A stretch of 32,042 bases of DNA from an uncultured Candidatus Saccharibacteria bacterium (lineage in GTDB: Bacteria > Patescibacteriota > Saccharimonadia > Saccharimonadales > Saccharimonadaceae): NCBI GenBank assembly GCA_963553645.1, contig CAUVPF010000001.1, positions 1 to 32,042 on the forward strand. The letters run 5' to 3'. The translations under genes and the position numbers were made by a program. The notes beneath the pieces were generated by a model. It ran no database searches, was not told the origin of the DNA, and saw nothing but the letters and a program-made list of their open reading frames with translations. This document shows positions 1 to 12,640 of the stretch, piece by piece. Each line of letters begins with the position of its first letter. Positions within the stretch are counted from its first letter, which is position 1.

Positions 1-3163
<3,163 letters not shown>

Positions 3164-3164
3164 C

Positions 3165-6100
3165 TTACGCCTCCTCCTTTATTTCTTCTACTTCGTCAAT
3201 ATCTTGTACGCTCATGCCAGCCTCGATGTCACCGATATCATCTGATTCATCCAAGTAGACCTGATCATCATCGTCATCATCATCGTCGCTTACTATGTGC
3301 GGTACGGTTTTATCGGCTGGGCCGCTTGAAGCAATAATATGCTCAGCATCAACTACACCACCCTCATCAAGCAGGTCAACCCGAAGACCCAATCCCTGGA
3401 GCTCCTTGACGAGCACGTTGAACGACTCTGGGAGCTTTGGACCGACGATTGGCTCGTCTTTGATGATTGATTCATACGCCTTGGCACGGCCATAGACATC
3501 GTCAGACTTGATGGTTAGCATTTCCTGCAAGGTTGCTGCCGCACCGTAGGCTTCCAGTGCCCAGACCTCCATCTCACCAAAGCGCTGACCACCGTTCTGT
3601 GCTTTACCACCGAGCGGCTGCTGAGTGACCATGGTGTATGGACCAGTTGAGCGGGCGTGAATCTTGTCAGACACCATGTGGTGCAATTTGATCATGTGCA
3701 TGACGCCGACTGTGGTGCGCTCTTCAAAGGCTTCACCGGTACGGCCGTCGAATAGTTGTGATTTACCATCGCGCGCCAGTCCTGCTTTTTCTAGTTCATC
3801 AGAAATTGTTGCTGATGGCACGCCATCAAACGATGGGGTTGCGACGCGGTAGCCCAAGGCCTTTGCCGCCATACCGAGGTGCGTTTCAAACAGCTGACCA
3901 AGGTTCATGCGGCTCGGCACACCCAGCGGGTTCAAGATCACATCAACTGGTGTACCGTCTTCCATGAATGGCATATCTTCGACTGGTAGCACCCGCGCGA
4001 CCACACCCTTGTTACCGAAGCGACCAGCCATCTTGTCACCGACACCGATCTTGCGCATCTGCGCCACAAAGATCTGGATTTGCATCAAGACGCCAGCCTT
4101 GAGCTCGTGGCCATTCTCGCGGCTAAAGATCTTGACACCGACGACCTTGCCGCCGCCAGCGTTGTTCATCCGCTGTGAGGTGTCGCGGACATCCTTTGCC
4201 TTTTCACCAAAGATAGCGCGCAGCAGGCGTTCCTCAGAGCTGAGCTCCTGCTCGCCTTTCGGCGTAATCTTACCAACCAACACGTCACCGGCCTTGACTT
4301 CAGAACCAATTTGGACAATACCGTTTTCGTCCAAGTGGCGTAGGCTATCCTCCGACACATTCGGAATATCGCGGGTGACGATCTCTGGGCCGAGCTTGGT
4401 CTCGCGAACCTCTACGTTGTAATCTTTGATATTAATACTGGTCAAGCGATCGTCCTCCACCAAGCGACGGCTGAGGATAATCGCGTCCTCCATGTTGTAG
4501 CCGCCCCACGGCATAAAGGCCACTGTCAGGTTTCGCCCCAGCGCGATCTCACCCTCGGCAATCGACGCACCCTCAATGAGGATGTCGCCCTGCTTGACCG
4601 TGTCGCCACGGGCTACGCGAACCTTTTGGTTGTAGCAGCGATCGTCATTGTTCTTGACGAAGTGCCGCAGCGCGTAGACCTTGACGCCATCAGCATACTT
4701 GACATGAATTTCATCAGCATCAGCCCGCACTACTTCACCATCAGCCTCGGCCTGGATCAGGTGGCCACTATTCTCGGCCACTGCCTGCTCAATGCCGGTA
4801 CCGACAACCGCCGGCTCTGGCGTGAGCAGCGGCACTGCTTGGCGCTGCATGTTCGAGCCAGTCAAGGCGCGGTCAACACGGGTTTTCTCGATAAATGGCA
4901 CCAGCGCTGCCGTCGAGCCGAGGATCTGCTTGTGAGCAGCATCCATGAAGGTAACTTCTTCGACGTCGACCTGACCTGGCTGGAGGAATTTGCGGGCGCT
5001 GACACGGCTGTCGGTGAATGACTTGTCATTATTCAAGCGCGCCCCGGCATCAGCGATAACTTCGCTGGCCTCCTGAGCGGCATCCAGATAGACCACTTCG
5101 TCTGTCACCCGACCATCGGTGACGCGTAGGTACGGCGTCTCGATAAAGCCATACTCATTGACCCGCGCGTAGGTAGCGAGGTTCAGCACCAGACCAACGT
5201 TGGCACCCTCTGGCGTCTCCACCGAACAGATGCGGCCGTAGTGCGTTGGGTGAGCGTCACGAACGTCAAAACCAGCGCGCTCACGACTCAAACCACCGGG
5301 GCCCATTGAGCTCAATCGGCGCTTGTGGCTGAGCTCGGACAGTGGGTTAACCTCATCAAGGAGCTGACTCAGCTGCGAGCTGGTAAAGAACTCGCGCACT
5401 GCTGCTACCACTGGCCGCGCATTGATCAATTGGCTCGGCATGACGTTCTCCATATCAGCCACGCTCATCCGGTCCATGGCGTTACGCTGCATCCTGAGCA
5501 TACCGACGCGGAACTGACGGGCAATCAGTTCGCCAACCAGCTTGACGCGGCGATTACTCAGCGCATCGATGTCATCAGCTGGCTCTTGGGTATTATTGAG
5601 GCGAATAATCTCGCGGATGATAGCCACCAAGTCGCTCATCTGGAATATACGATTCTCAGCGGTATTAGCAACGTCCAGGCCCAGACGCTGGTTCATCTTG
5701 TACCGACCGACCCGGCTATAGTCAAAGCGCTTGAAATCAAAGAACATTCGCTCAATCATCTGGCGCGCGTTATCAACCGTCGCTAAATCACCCGGCCGCA
5801 GGCGACGATATACTTCAATCAGCGCTTCATTGGCACCACGAGTTGTGTCCTTATCCAAGGTTTCTTGGATGTAGCTAGTCTCACCAGTGTCAATGTCAGC
5901 AAATAATTCACGAATTTCTGACGTTTTTGGATGGCCCAAAGCCCGTAGTAATGTCGTCACTGGCAATTTGCGACGACGGTCAATCTTGACATAAATCGTG
6001 CCATTAGTCGCCGTTTCAAACTCCAGCCAGGCGCCGCGACCTGGGATCATCTTGGCGCCGTAGTAATTACGGCCAGCCACGGTGTCAGCAGTAAAGAATA

Positions 6101-6521
6101 CACCGGCCGAGCGGATCAGCTGGCTGACCACCACGCGCTCCGTACCGTTGATGATGAAGGTACCGCGCTCGGTCATCCATGGATAATCGCCGAGGTAGAT
6201 TTCCTGCTCTTTGACTTCGCCGGTGACCTTGTTGGTTAGTTCGACGGTTGCGTGCAGTGGCGCTTCAAACGTCAAATTGTTTTCCTTGGCGAACTGATCG
6301 GTGGTCTTTGGTTCGTCAAAATGATACCTGCCGAACCGCAGCGCCAACTTCTGACCAGTGTAGTCGTCAATTGGGTTAATTTCTGAAAAGATTTCGCTCA
6401 AACCATCCTCGACGAACCAGCGCCACGAGTCCTCTTGGTGAGCGATGAGATTTGGCATGGCGATCGCACTGTCTGTTCCAGTGAAAAAGACGCGCGCGCC
6501 ACGAGTGGTCTGTTGAGCCAC
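3165..6521 (-). CDS. rpoB: DNA-directed RNA polymerase subunit beta
   Basis: Motifs [59 protein letters not shown]. Start placed at GTG 6521 because SD GAGGAG precedes it; the ORF track starts at ATG 6539. Confidence 0.98.
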   Translation of the reverse strand: MAQQTTRGARVFFTGTDSAIAMPNLIAHQEDSWRWFVEDGLSEIFSEINPIDDYTGQKLALRFGRYHFDEPKTTDQFAKENNLTFEAPLHATVELTNKVTGEVKEQEIYLGDYPWMTERGTFIINGTERVVVSQLIRSAGVFFTADTVAGRNYYGAKMIPGRGAWLEFETATNGTIYVKIDRRRKLPVTTLLRALGHPKTSEIRELFADIDTGETSYIQETLDKDTTRGANEALIEVYRRLRPGDLATVDNARQMIERMFFDFKRFDYSRVGRYKMNQRLGLDVANTAENRIFQMSDLVAIIREIIRLNNTQEPADDIDALSNRRVKLVGELIARQFRVGMLRMQRNAMDRMSVADMENVMPSQLINARPVVAAVREFFTSSQLSQLLDEVNPLSELSHKRRLSSMGPGGLSRERAGFDVRDAHPTHYGRICSVETPEGANVGLVLNLATYARVNEYGFIETPYLRVTDGRVTDEVVYLDAAQEASEVIADAGARLNNDKSFTDSRVSARKFLQPGQVDVEEVTFMDAAHKQILGSTAALVPFIEKTRVDRALTGSNMQRQAVPLLTPEPAVVGTGIEQAVAENSGHLIQAEADGEVVRADADEIHVKYADGVKVYALRHFVKNNDDRCYNQKVRVARGDTVKQGDILIEGASIAEGEIALGRNLTVAFMPWGGYNMEDAIILSRRLVEDDRLTSINIKDYNVEVRETKLGPEIVTRDIPNVSEDSLRHLDENGIVQIGSEVKAGDVLVGKITPKGEQELSSEERLLRAIFGEKAKDVRDTSQRMNNAGGGKVVGVKIFSRENGHELKAGVLMQIQIFVAQMRKIGVGDKMAGRFGNKGVVARVLPVEDMPFMEDGTPVDVILNPLGVPSRMNLGQLFETHLGMAAKALGYRVATPSFDGVPSATISDELEKAGLARDGKSQLFDGRTGEAFEERTTVGVMHMIKLHHMVSDKIHARSTGPYTMVTQQPLGGKAQNGGQRFGEMEVWALEAYGAAATLQEMLTIKSDDVYGRAKAYESIIKDEPIVGPKLPESFNVLVKELQGLGLRVDLLDEGGVVDAEHIIASSGPADKTVPHIVSDDDDDDDDQVYLDESDDIGDIEAGMSVQDIDEVEEIKEEA

Positions 6522-6574
6522 AGGCGTTACTCCTCGCATTGATTATAATTGGTGATCACGGCCGGAAGATCTCT

Positions 6575-6633
6575 TAGTCTCAGCACGAGCCCGAGGTTTG
6601 CCCGCCCATCAAGCTCGCCCCTCGCTAAAACTA
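6575..6633 (-). promoter_or_regulatory. Structured 5' leader (long hairpin) of rpoB-rpoC
   Basis: TAGTTTTAGC pairs with GCTGAGACTA (10 bp including G-U) and CGAGCTTGA pairs with TCGGGCTCG (9 bp). Lies between the predicted promoter and the start codon. Confidence 0.6.
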
Positions 6634-6652
6634 CACTACTTCACTGTGACAC

Positions 6653-6681
6653 ATTATGACGCATGGAGCGATGAATTGCAA
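6653..6681 (-). promoter_or_regulatory. Sigma70-type promoter for rpoBC
   Basis: TTGCAA-N17-CATAAT on the minus strand. Confidence 0.65.
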
Positions 6682-6709
6682 GAGAAAAATGATGAAAAAT
6701 TGACCATTG

Positions 6710-7372
6710 TTAAGCGACGGCCAGCTCTAAACGGAGACACACTTCACCCAGTAATCTAGCTGCACGCTCACCGTCAGTGATCGTCGCTAACCATTCCCAG
6801 CTTCCATCAGTTTGAAGCTGCGCCGTATGTAGTCGATAATTACCAGCGATACCACCAACCGAGTCATGTTTGACAGTACGACTAACTTGGTGATTTTGTG
6901 GATTAATATCTTTAACGTGACCCGGTAGCAATAGAGCCTGCTCGTCAATATACATACCAAGATATATTGGCTGATTATTTGGCCCAGTCTCATGGTTAAG
7001 TATCGCACTTACCAGTCCCCGAAACAGATCCCAGCGTTTCATATTTCTAGCCCCATACCGCTCGAGATATATCAGATTATTATCCTGTACATCCGGAATA
7101 TCTGAGGCCAAGCCTAAGGCGTCGGTTCGACCTACACTTGCTGCCGCCTTGATTGACGCATCTGCGAGCGCAACATAGATACCACCCTCGGCAAGATCGG
7201 CTTGCCTCCGAAGTACTTCGGGCGTAAACTGTTCAGATTGATACAATCGCTTTGTCTCGGAAGCGCTAATATCTGGCTTCACATGTACGAGAGACTCAAC
7301 CCACAAGTGGCGTAGCTCATCACACAATGAATCGGTAATATCACCACCACTTAATCGAACTGTCTCGATCAT
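6710..7372 (-). CDS. Hypothetical protein, weak GNAT-like pattern
   Basis: 220-aa ORF with SD AGGAGAGG, 25 nt downstream of tmk. The helix / 'GGIYVA..ASIKAAASV' / 'LIYLERYG' order loosely resembles GNAT strands, but no clear acetyl-CoA motif. Confidence 0.6.
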   Translation of the reverse strand: MIETVRLSGGDITDSLCDELRHLWVESLVHVKPDISASETKRLYQSEQFTPEVLRRQADLAEGGIYVALADASIKAAASVGRTDALGLASDIPDVQDNNLIYLERYGARNMKRWDLFRGLVSAILNHETGPNNQPIYLGMYIDEQALLLPGHVKDINPQNHQVSRTVKHDSVGGIAGNYRLHTAQLQTDGSWEWLATITDGERAARLLGEVCLRLELAVA

Positions 7373-7397
7373 GTCCTCTCCTGTTTATGAAAATATA

Positions 7398-8045
7398 CTA
7401 CAAGTATCGAGTAATGCTGTCAAGAATCCGCGCGTGCACTTCCTTCGGCGTGCCGGTGGCTGACAATAGCGGGATATTTCGCTCGGCGGCGATGGCCTCA
7501 TAGGCGTGGTTAACCCTGTCCTGAAACGACTGTTCACGCGACTCAAACGTATCAGGATGAGCGACGTGCCCGCGCTCCGCGATGCGCTGCTGGCGCTGGG
7601 CGTCACTGAGTGTCAAGACCACCATCGCGTCCGGCTGCAGGTATCGCTCGTCGGTAAATAACTTCGTCATCCGTATAATCTCCTCTGTGTCCAGCCCGTC
7701 GCCATAGCCCTGATAAGCCAGCGTCGAGATATAATTACGTGCACTCAGGACGATCTCGCCGCGCTGCAGAGCTGGCTGAATCTTTTCGCGCCACAACTCG
7801 CGCCGCGCTGCCGAGAACAACGCTAGGTTAATTTCACTAGAGCGCACTAGGTTTCCATTTTTGACAATGCGCCTCAGTTCATTGGCTACCGGCGTCGACT
7901 TTTCTGGATCATCACTACCTGGCTCTTCGACCACGCACACGACGCGGCCGCGCGCCCGGAAATAATCCGCCAACATGGCTACTTGGGTTGACTTGCCCGT
8001 GCCATCGTTGCCCTCGATGACGATGTATCGACCGGGACGGCTCAT
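7398..8045 (-). CDS. tmk: Thymidylate (dTMP) kinase
   Basis: P-loop IEGNDGTGKST, EPG, LFSAARR and RxxxSTLAYQG motifs. ATGA overlap with dcd. Confidence 0.93.
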   Translation of the reverse strand: MSRPGRYIVIEGNDGTGKSTQVAMLADYFRARGRVVCVVEEPGSDDPEKSTPVANELRRIVKNGNLVRSSEINLALFSAARRELWREKIQPALQRGEIVLSARNYISTLAYQGYGDGLDTEEIIRMTKLFTDERYLQPDAMVVLTLSDAQRQQRIAERGHVAHPDTFESREQSFQDRVNHAYEAIAAERNIPLLSATGTPKEVHARILDSITRYL

Positions 8046-8761
8046 TTGATGCCCTCACTCAGCCCGGCGATAGTCGCTGGTGCATGTCGCTGATCTTTGA
8101 ACGCCCGCGGTAGCATCATTTCTGGCCGCCAGCTGCGGATAAGCTCGGTGAGGTCGTCGGTGTGCTGGTACTTGCCGCTGATACCGCCGCGCCCGCCGGC
8201 ATAACCGCCATCCACCGGTCCAGTCTGGTGAAAAATTAACTGTCCGATGCGCTCGCCGACTGGTAGCACCACACTTTCGTGCTTGTTCAAATTGTAAATC
8301 TCAAGCGTAATCCGATTGATATAACCCGGGTCGATCCAGCCCGCGTCAAAACACACCGCCACGCCGTTACGGCCCCACGAGCTGCGGCTTTTCACCTCGG
8401 CCGCGCCGCCATGCGCCCGAATACCCACAAACTCGTGCGTGTGCGCCAAGATCCGCTCGCCGGGACGCAGCACAATGATTGGATGTTCGTCCGGAATATT
8501 ACGAAACCGCCTAAATCCGTTATGCTCGCACCACTCGGCATGCGGTATCGCCATCAGTGGCCCCTTGAAATATCGCGCCACCTCCGCTTCGTCAAATGGA
8601 TTATAGACGCTTGACTGATCGTCAAATTCCTGTTTATAAAAATAATGCCCCAGTGTAAAATCTAGGCTAGCCTCTGACACATTATCTGAGGTAAATGGCG
8701 TACAGACGATCGTTCCTTCCTTGATCGCTGCCAAAATTTCCCGATTTGAATACACGCTCAT
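8042..8761 (-). CDS. dcd: dCTP deaminase
   Basis: ASLDFTL, L(A)HTHE, RSSWGRNG, AGWIDPGY, ITLE, RIGQL and GKYQ motifs. SD GAGGAGG. Confidence 0.92.
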   Translation of the reverse strand: MSVYSNREILAAIKEGTIVCTPFTSDNVSEASLDFTLGHYFYKQEFDDQSSVYNPFDEAEVARYFKGPLMAIPHAEWCEHNGFRRFRNIPDEHPIIVLRPGERILAHTHEFVGIRAHGGAAEVKSRSSWGRNGVAVCFDAGWIDPGYINRITLEIYNLNKHESVVLPVGERIGQLIFHQTGPVDGGYAGGRGGISGKYQHTDDLTELIRSWRPEMMLPRAFKDQRHAPATIAGLSEGIK

Positions 8762-8874
8762 GCCGCGCCTCCTCTTGTTTATCTTACCTCACTCCCCCGA
8801 GTGATTCTATTATGGCAACATTTACCCCTCGGGGCAAGCTTTTCGTAAATTTTACATCATGCTAGACTGAAGCT

Positions 8875-9402
8875 ATGGAAAAAGCTATCATCGTTGCCTA
8901 TGATACCAACCGCGCCATCGGTCGGGGTGGTGATTTACCGTGGGGTCGCAGCTTGCCAGCAGATTTGGCGCATTTCAAGCGGCTGACCAAAGGCGGTGAC
9001 ATCATCATGGGCCGAAAAACCTTTGAATCAATCGGCTCTCGTCCACTGCCAGAGCGCGAAAACATCGTCATTTCCTCACGACCGACAGGCATCAAAGGCG
9101 TCCTCACGGCAGTGAATTTAGAAAGCGCCCTAGCGCTAGCTCGTTACAAAACCTTCATCATCGGCGGCGCGCGGGTCTATAGTTGTGCGCTGGAAATCCC
9201 AGCAATTGACACCATTTACGCCACCGAGGTCGACGCTGCATTCCCAGACGCCGACACCTTTTTCCCAGAGATTGACATGACCACCTGGCAGGAAGTGAGC
9301 CGCATCCATCATCCCGCGGACACCGAGAACAAGTACGACTTTGATTTTGTGATATATCGTCGGATAGATAATTTAGCCGGGCCCAACTCCAAACACCTTT
9401 GA
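8875..9402 (+). CDS. folA: Dihydrofolate reductase
   Basis: IG..GDLPW, DLAHFK, IMGRKTFESI, RPLPERENIV, IIGG, DTFFP motifs. Confidence 0.96.
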   Translation: MEKAIIVAYDTNRAIGRGGDLPWGRSLPADLAHFKRLTKGGDIIMGRKTFESIGSRPLPERENIVISSRPTGIKGVLTAVNLESALALARYKTFIIGGARVYSCALEIPAIDTIYATEVDAAFPDADTFFPEIDMTTWQEVSRIHHPADTENKYDFDFVIYRRIDNLAGPNSKHL

Positions 9403-9436
9403 ATAATTTAGTACGCCAACAAATTGTCCGAACACA

Positions 9437-10375
9437 CTACACCGCAATCGGTGCCTTAATGGGTGGATGGTGCTCGTAATTCTCCAGACGAATATCGTCA
9501 ATGGTGAAATCGTCGATATTCTTAATATCTGGATTGAGCCACAGCTTTGGCAGCGACAGGGGACGGCGTGATAGTTGCTCGTCAACCTGCGCGCGGTGAT
9601 TGTTATAAATATGCGCGCTATTCAAGGTATGGACGAATTCACCCGGCTGTTTGTCGGTCACCTGGGCGATCATCGACAGCAGCAGTGCGTAACTAGCGAT
9701 GTTAAACGGCACGCCGAGGAACATGTCCGCCGAACGCTGGGTCAGTGCTAGATCCAGCTTATCTTTCTCGCCATCTCCACCCGGCCGCACATTGAACTGG
9801 AACATGGTGTGGCACGGCGGCAATCCACCAGCTCGGGCGATGTCGTCAATTTCCGCCACATTCCAGGCGCTGACAATGTTGCGCCGCGACGTCGGATTAT
9901 GTTTTATCATGTCGATGGCGTTTTGGATTTGGTCAATCGTCCCGCCCTTGCTATCAGGCCACTTCCGCCACTGCACGCCGTAAACCGGCCCCAAATTACC
10001 CCATTCTTCGGCAAACGCGTGGTCGGTCGCAATCCGCCCAATGAATTGCTTCATGCCAGTGCGCCACTCTTCGCCGTTAATCTCTGGAATGTCCTGACCG
10101 GTTTTTTCCAAATAATTCTTGTACGGCCACTCATCCCAAATATGCACGCCGTTTTGCGCTAGATATTCAATGTTGCCAGTGCCTTTGAGAAACCACAGCA
10201 GCTCATGTGCCACGCTGGTAAAATACAATTTCTTGGTAGTCATGGCCGGAAAACCATCCGCCAAATCATACCGCGCTTGCACGCCAAATACTTCCGTCGT
10301 ACCAGTGCCAGTGCGGTCGCCTTTTTTCACGCCGCTGTCACGGACATGCCGCAGCGTATCTAGATATTGTCTCAT
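9437..10375 (-). CDS. thyA: Thymidylate synthase (ThyA, long-insert type)
   Basis: [32 protein letters not shown], catalytic [36 protein letters not shown]. Confidence 0.97.
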   Translation of the reverse strand: MRQYLDTLRHVRDSGVKKGDRTGTGTTEVFGVQARYDLADGFPAMTTKKLYFTSVAHELLWFLKGTGNIEYLAQNGVHIWDEWPYKNYLEKTGQDIPEINGEEWRTGMKQFIGRIATDHAFAEEWGNLGPVYGVQWRKWPDSKGGTIDQIQNAIDMIKHNPTSRRNIVSAWNVAEIDDIARAGGLPPCHTMFQFNVRPGGDGEKDKLDLALTQRSADMFLGVPFNIASYALLLSMIAQVTDKQPGEFVHTLNSAHIYNNHRAQVDEQLSRRPLSLPKLWLNPDIKNIDDFTIDDIRLENYEHHPPIKAPIAV

Positions 10376-10504
10376 ACCCCCTCCTCGTCTTTTCTTAATT
10401 ATGACAATATCTCAGCATAACCACAAGCGAAATTGACGGTAGTTTTGACAACGTTACGCCATATTGAATATATTTATGAATCGCGGCGGGAGGCTTCCTG
10501 GGGC

Positions 10505-11104
10505 CTACGCTAGCTTACTCAACACCTTATCCACCAGTCCGTACTGTACCGCCTCCTGAGGGCTCATCCAGTAGTCGCGCTCCATGTCGGCCTTGACTTT
10601 ATTGAGCTTCTGGCCGGTGTTTTTGGCCATGATTTTGGATAGCATCTCCTTCACTTCTAGCGTTTCTTTCAGGTCGATTTCCATGTCGGTGACCTTACCG
10701 CGCGTGCCGCTTGACGGCTGATGGATCATCACCTTGGCGTGCGGCAGGCAAAACCGCTTGCCTTTGGCGCCCGAACTGAGCAGAAATGCACCCATGCTGG
10801 CCTGCAGACCAATGCCATAGGTCGCCACGTCCGGCTTGATAAAATTCATGGTGTCGTAAATCGCCATGCCATCATAGACGCTGCCGCCCGGACTATTAAT
10901 ATAGAGCGAGATGTCCGCCCCTGGGTCAACGTACGCCAGGTGCAATAGCTGCGCCACCACGCTGTTGGCGGTATGCTCGTTAACCTCCTCGCCGAGGAAA
11001 ATAATCCGCTCATTAAGCAGCCGCGAATAAATATCAAACGCCCGCTCGCCGTCGGCCGATTTTTCAATGACGGTGGGGATGAGATACGATGTTGTCTTCT
11101 TCAT
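10505..11104 (-). CDS. clpP: ATP-dependent Clp protease proteolytic subunit
   Basis: [16 protein letters not shown], catalytic ASMG and MIHQP, ERDYWM motifs. Confidence 0.97.
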   Translation of the reverse strand: MKKTTSYLIPTVIEKSADGERAFDIYSRLLNERIIFLGEEVNEHTANSVVAQLLHLAYVDPGADISLYINSPGGSVYDGMAIYDTMNFIKPDVATYGIGLQASMGAFLLSSGAKGKRFCLPHAKVMIHQPSSGTRGKVTDMEIDLKETLEVKEMLSKIMAKNTGQKLNKVKADMERDYWMSPQEAVQYGLVDKVLSKLA

Positions 11105-11159
11105 ACACAGTTATTATATAAGCTTAGCTCGCTACTGTAAAGAATAGCCTGTCAATCCA

Positions 11160-12542
11160 TTATATATTGAGACTTTTTAGCAGCCGCTCTTGCCCCGCAC
11201 GTATTAGCTCCTGAGCCTCCTCAGTATGCAGCGGCACCAAGCGAACGTAGACCTGGCCCGATTGCTGTCCAGCAGCAACCAATACACCGAGCTGTTCATC
11301 AATATACGCAACGTGTTCAAAGCTATTCTCGCCATATTTAATACTCTCATCCCATATGCTTGGATTTAATATGGCGCTATCACGCCCTCCTGACCATGTC
11401 GCAAAGACACCCATCCGGTCAATAGGGTTACTCCAGTGCTTTGCGTGAACTATTGGGCCAATAAAAATTGTATCTGTGTCCGGAGCTATTTGACGTAGTG
11501 CATGACCCTCTGGTATATCCAGAGTAACACCGATCTGGTCATGCCTGTTGCAGCCAATGGGAATCACGCCTGTACCTTCCGACGGTGTTGTGATGTGGTG
11601 AATTGGCCGTGTTGGATCGAGAAAGGCAATCTCAGTAGCAGAGAATATTGGTCTCGTTGGGTCTCCGGAATTAAATGATTCGCTATTACCCATGATGCTA
11701 TACGTCGAAGCATAAGGGTCTGACTCCCCGCTATCATCTTTCTCTAATCCATACCCTGCAGCAATAATCTCTTGGATAGAAGCAACATGAGGACTATGGT
11801 GCAAATCTTTTACCTCCTTGCCGCCATCTTGCTTTACCCACGACTGCAAGGCCCATGCATGACCAAGACCGCGCTTGACACCCTCTGGAGCGAGCATATG
11901 TCCTAATTCGTGTGCAATCGTACCGATGGACACGCCACCCACGTCGCGCACAAATGCAACCGGAGGCTGCCCATCATCATACATCGTTAGACCGGAGTAA
12001 TAGTACTCTTTTGTATCACCAGAATCGACGATAACCAGTGCCATATCACTTCCTGCTTCATGCGCATGGGCCTGACCAATTGCTTTAAGTATACGCTTAC
12101 TATAGGCAGGCTGTTCGCCATCCTCAGTTATTCGTGTTGTATCAGGCGAGTGACCATCCCGCGTGAACCGCACATTAAGATCATATAGATATTCAGTTGT
12201 TAGTGCGATACGTCCAAGGGCGCTTGATACCCCAGAGCTAATTTTTTCAATATCTTGATGAGGCTCTGCGTTTTCTGGCAATAATTGCACGACAACAACA
12301 CTTCGCGATCCCGGCGGCGGAGCTTTTCGCTCGTTATTGCGCTGTATCGGTATATTTTGACCTTGTTCTGATCCTAGGTTTTTTATAGCCTCACCGATAA
12401 GAGTTCCAGCGCCCAAGCATCCAGCACCAAGCGCCATACCTCCCAAAAAACTGCGACGGCTAACCTTCTCGCCGCTCCCATTTTTCTCTTGGGGGTGCTC
12501 AGACTCCAACTCTGGACGCTCAGACTTTGAGGATTCACACAT
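11160..12542 (-). CDS. Putative exported or membrane-anchored zinc metalloprotease (metzincin-like) with twin-arginine-like N-terminal motif
   Basis: SRRSFL followed by a hydrophobic stretch; HELGH(211-215)...GLGH(228); Met-turn-like SIMG (M284). Confidence 0.65.
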   Translation of the reverse strand: MCESSKSERPELESEHPQEKNGSGEKVSRRSFLGGMALGAGCLGAGTLIGEAIKNLGSEQGQNIPIQRNNERKAPPPGSRSVVVVQLLPENAEPHQDIEKISSGVSSALGRIALTTEYLYDLNVRFTRDGHSPDTTRITEDGEQPAYSKRILKAIGQAHAHEAGSDMALVIVDSGDTKEYYYSGLTMYDDGQPPVAFVRDVGGVSIGTIAHELGHMLAPEGVKRGLGHAWALQSWVKQDGGKEVKDLHHSPHVASIQEIIAAGYGLEKDDSGESDPYASTYSIMGNSESFNSGDPTRPIFSATEIAFLDPTRPIHHITTPSEGTGVIPIGCNRHDQIGVTLDIPEGHALRQIAPDTDTIFIGPIVHAKHWSNPIDRMGVFATWSGGRDSAILNPSIWDESIKYGENSFEHVAYIDEQLGVLVAAGQQSGQVYVRLVPLHTEEAQELIRAGQERLLKSLNI

Positions 12543-12577
12543 ATTTTGCCATTATACCAACTAGTTGTAAGTTTGTC

Positions 12578-12611
12578 AATAAAACAGGGGCGACCCTTTC
12601 GCCATCCCCTG
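12578..12611 (-). terminator. Probable intrinsic terminator after tig
   Basis: CAGGGG..GGCGA-AAGGG-TCGCCCCTG followed by TTTTATT on the minus strand. Confidence 0.65.
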
Positions 12612-12640
12612 CTTCAGATTATTTTATTGCTATGCCGTCG

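Noticed and set aside
8789..8834. Small inverted repeats in the dcd-folA divergent promoter (TCACTC/GAGTGA, CCCCGAG/CTCGGGG) as an NrdR box or riboswitch
   Set aside because: They do not match the NrdR consensus, and the region is too short for a known riboswitch. Not supportable without comparative data.
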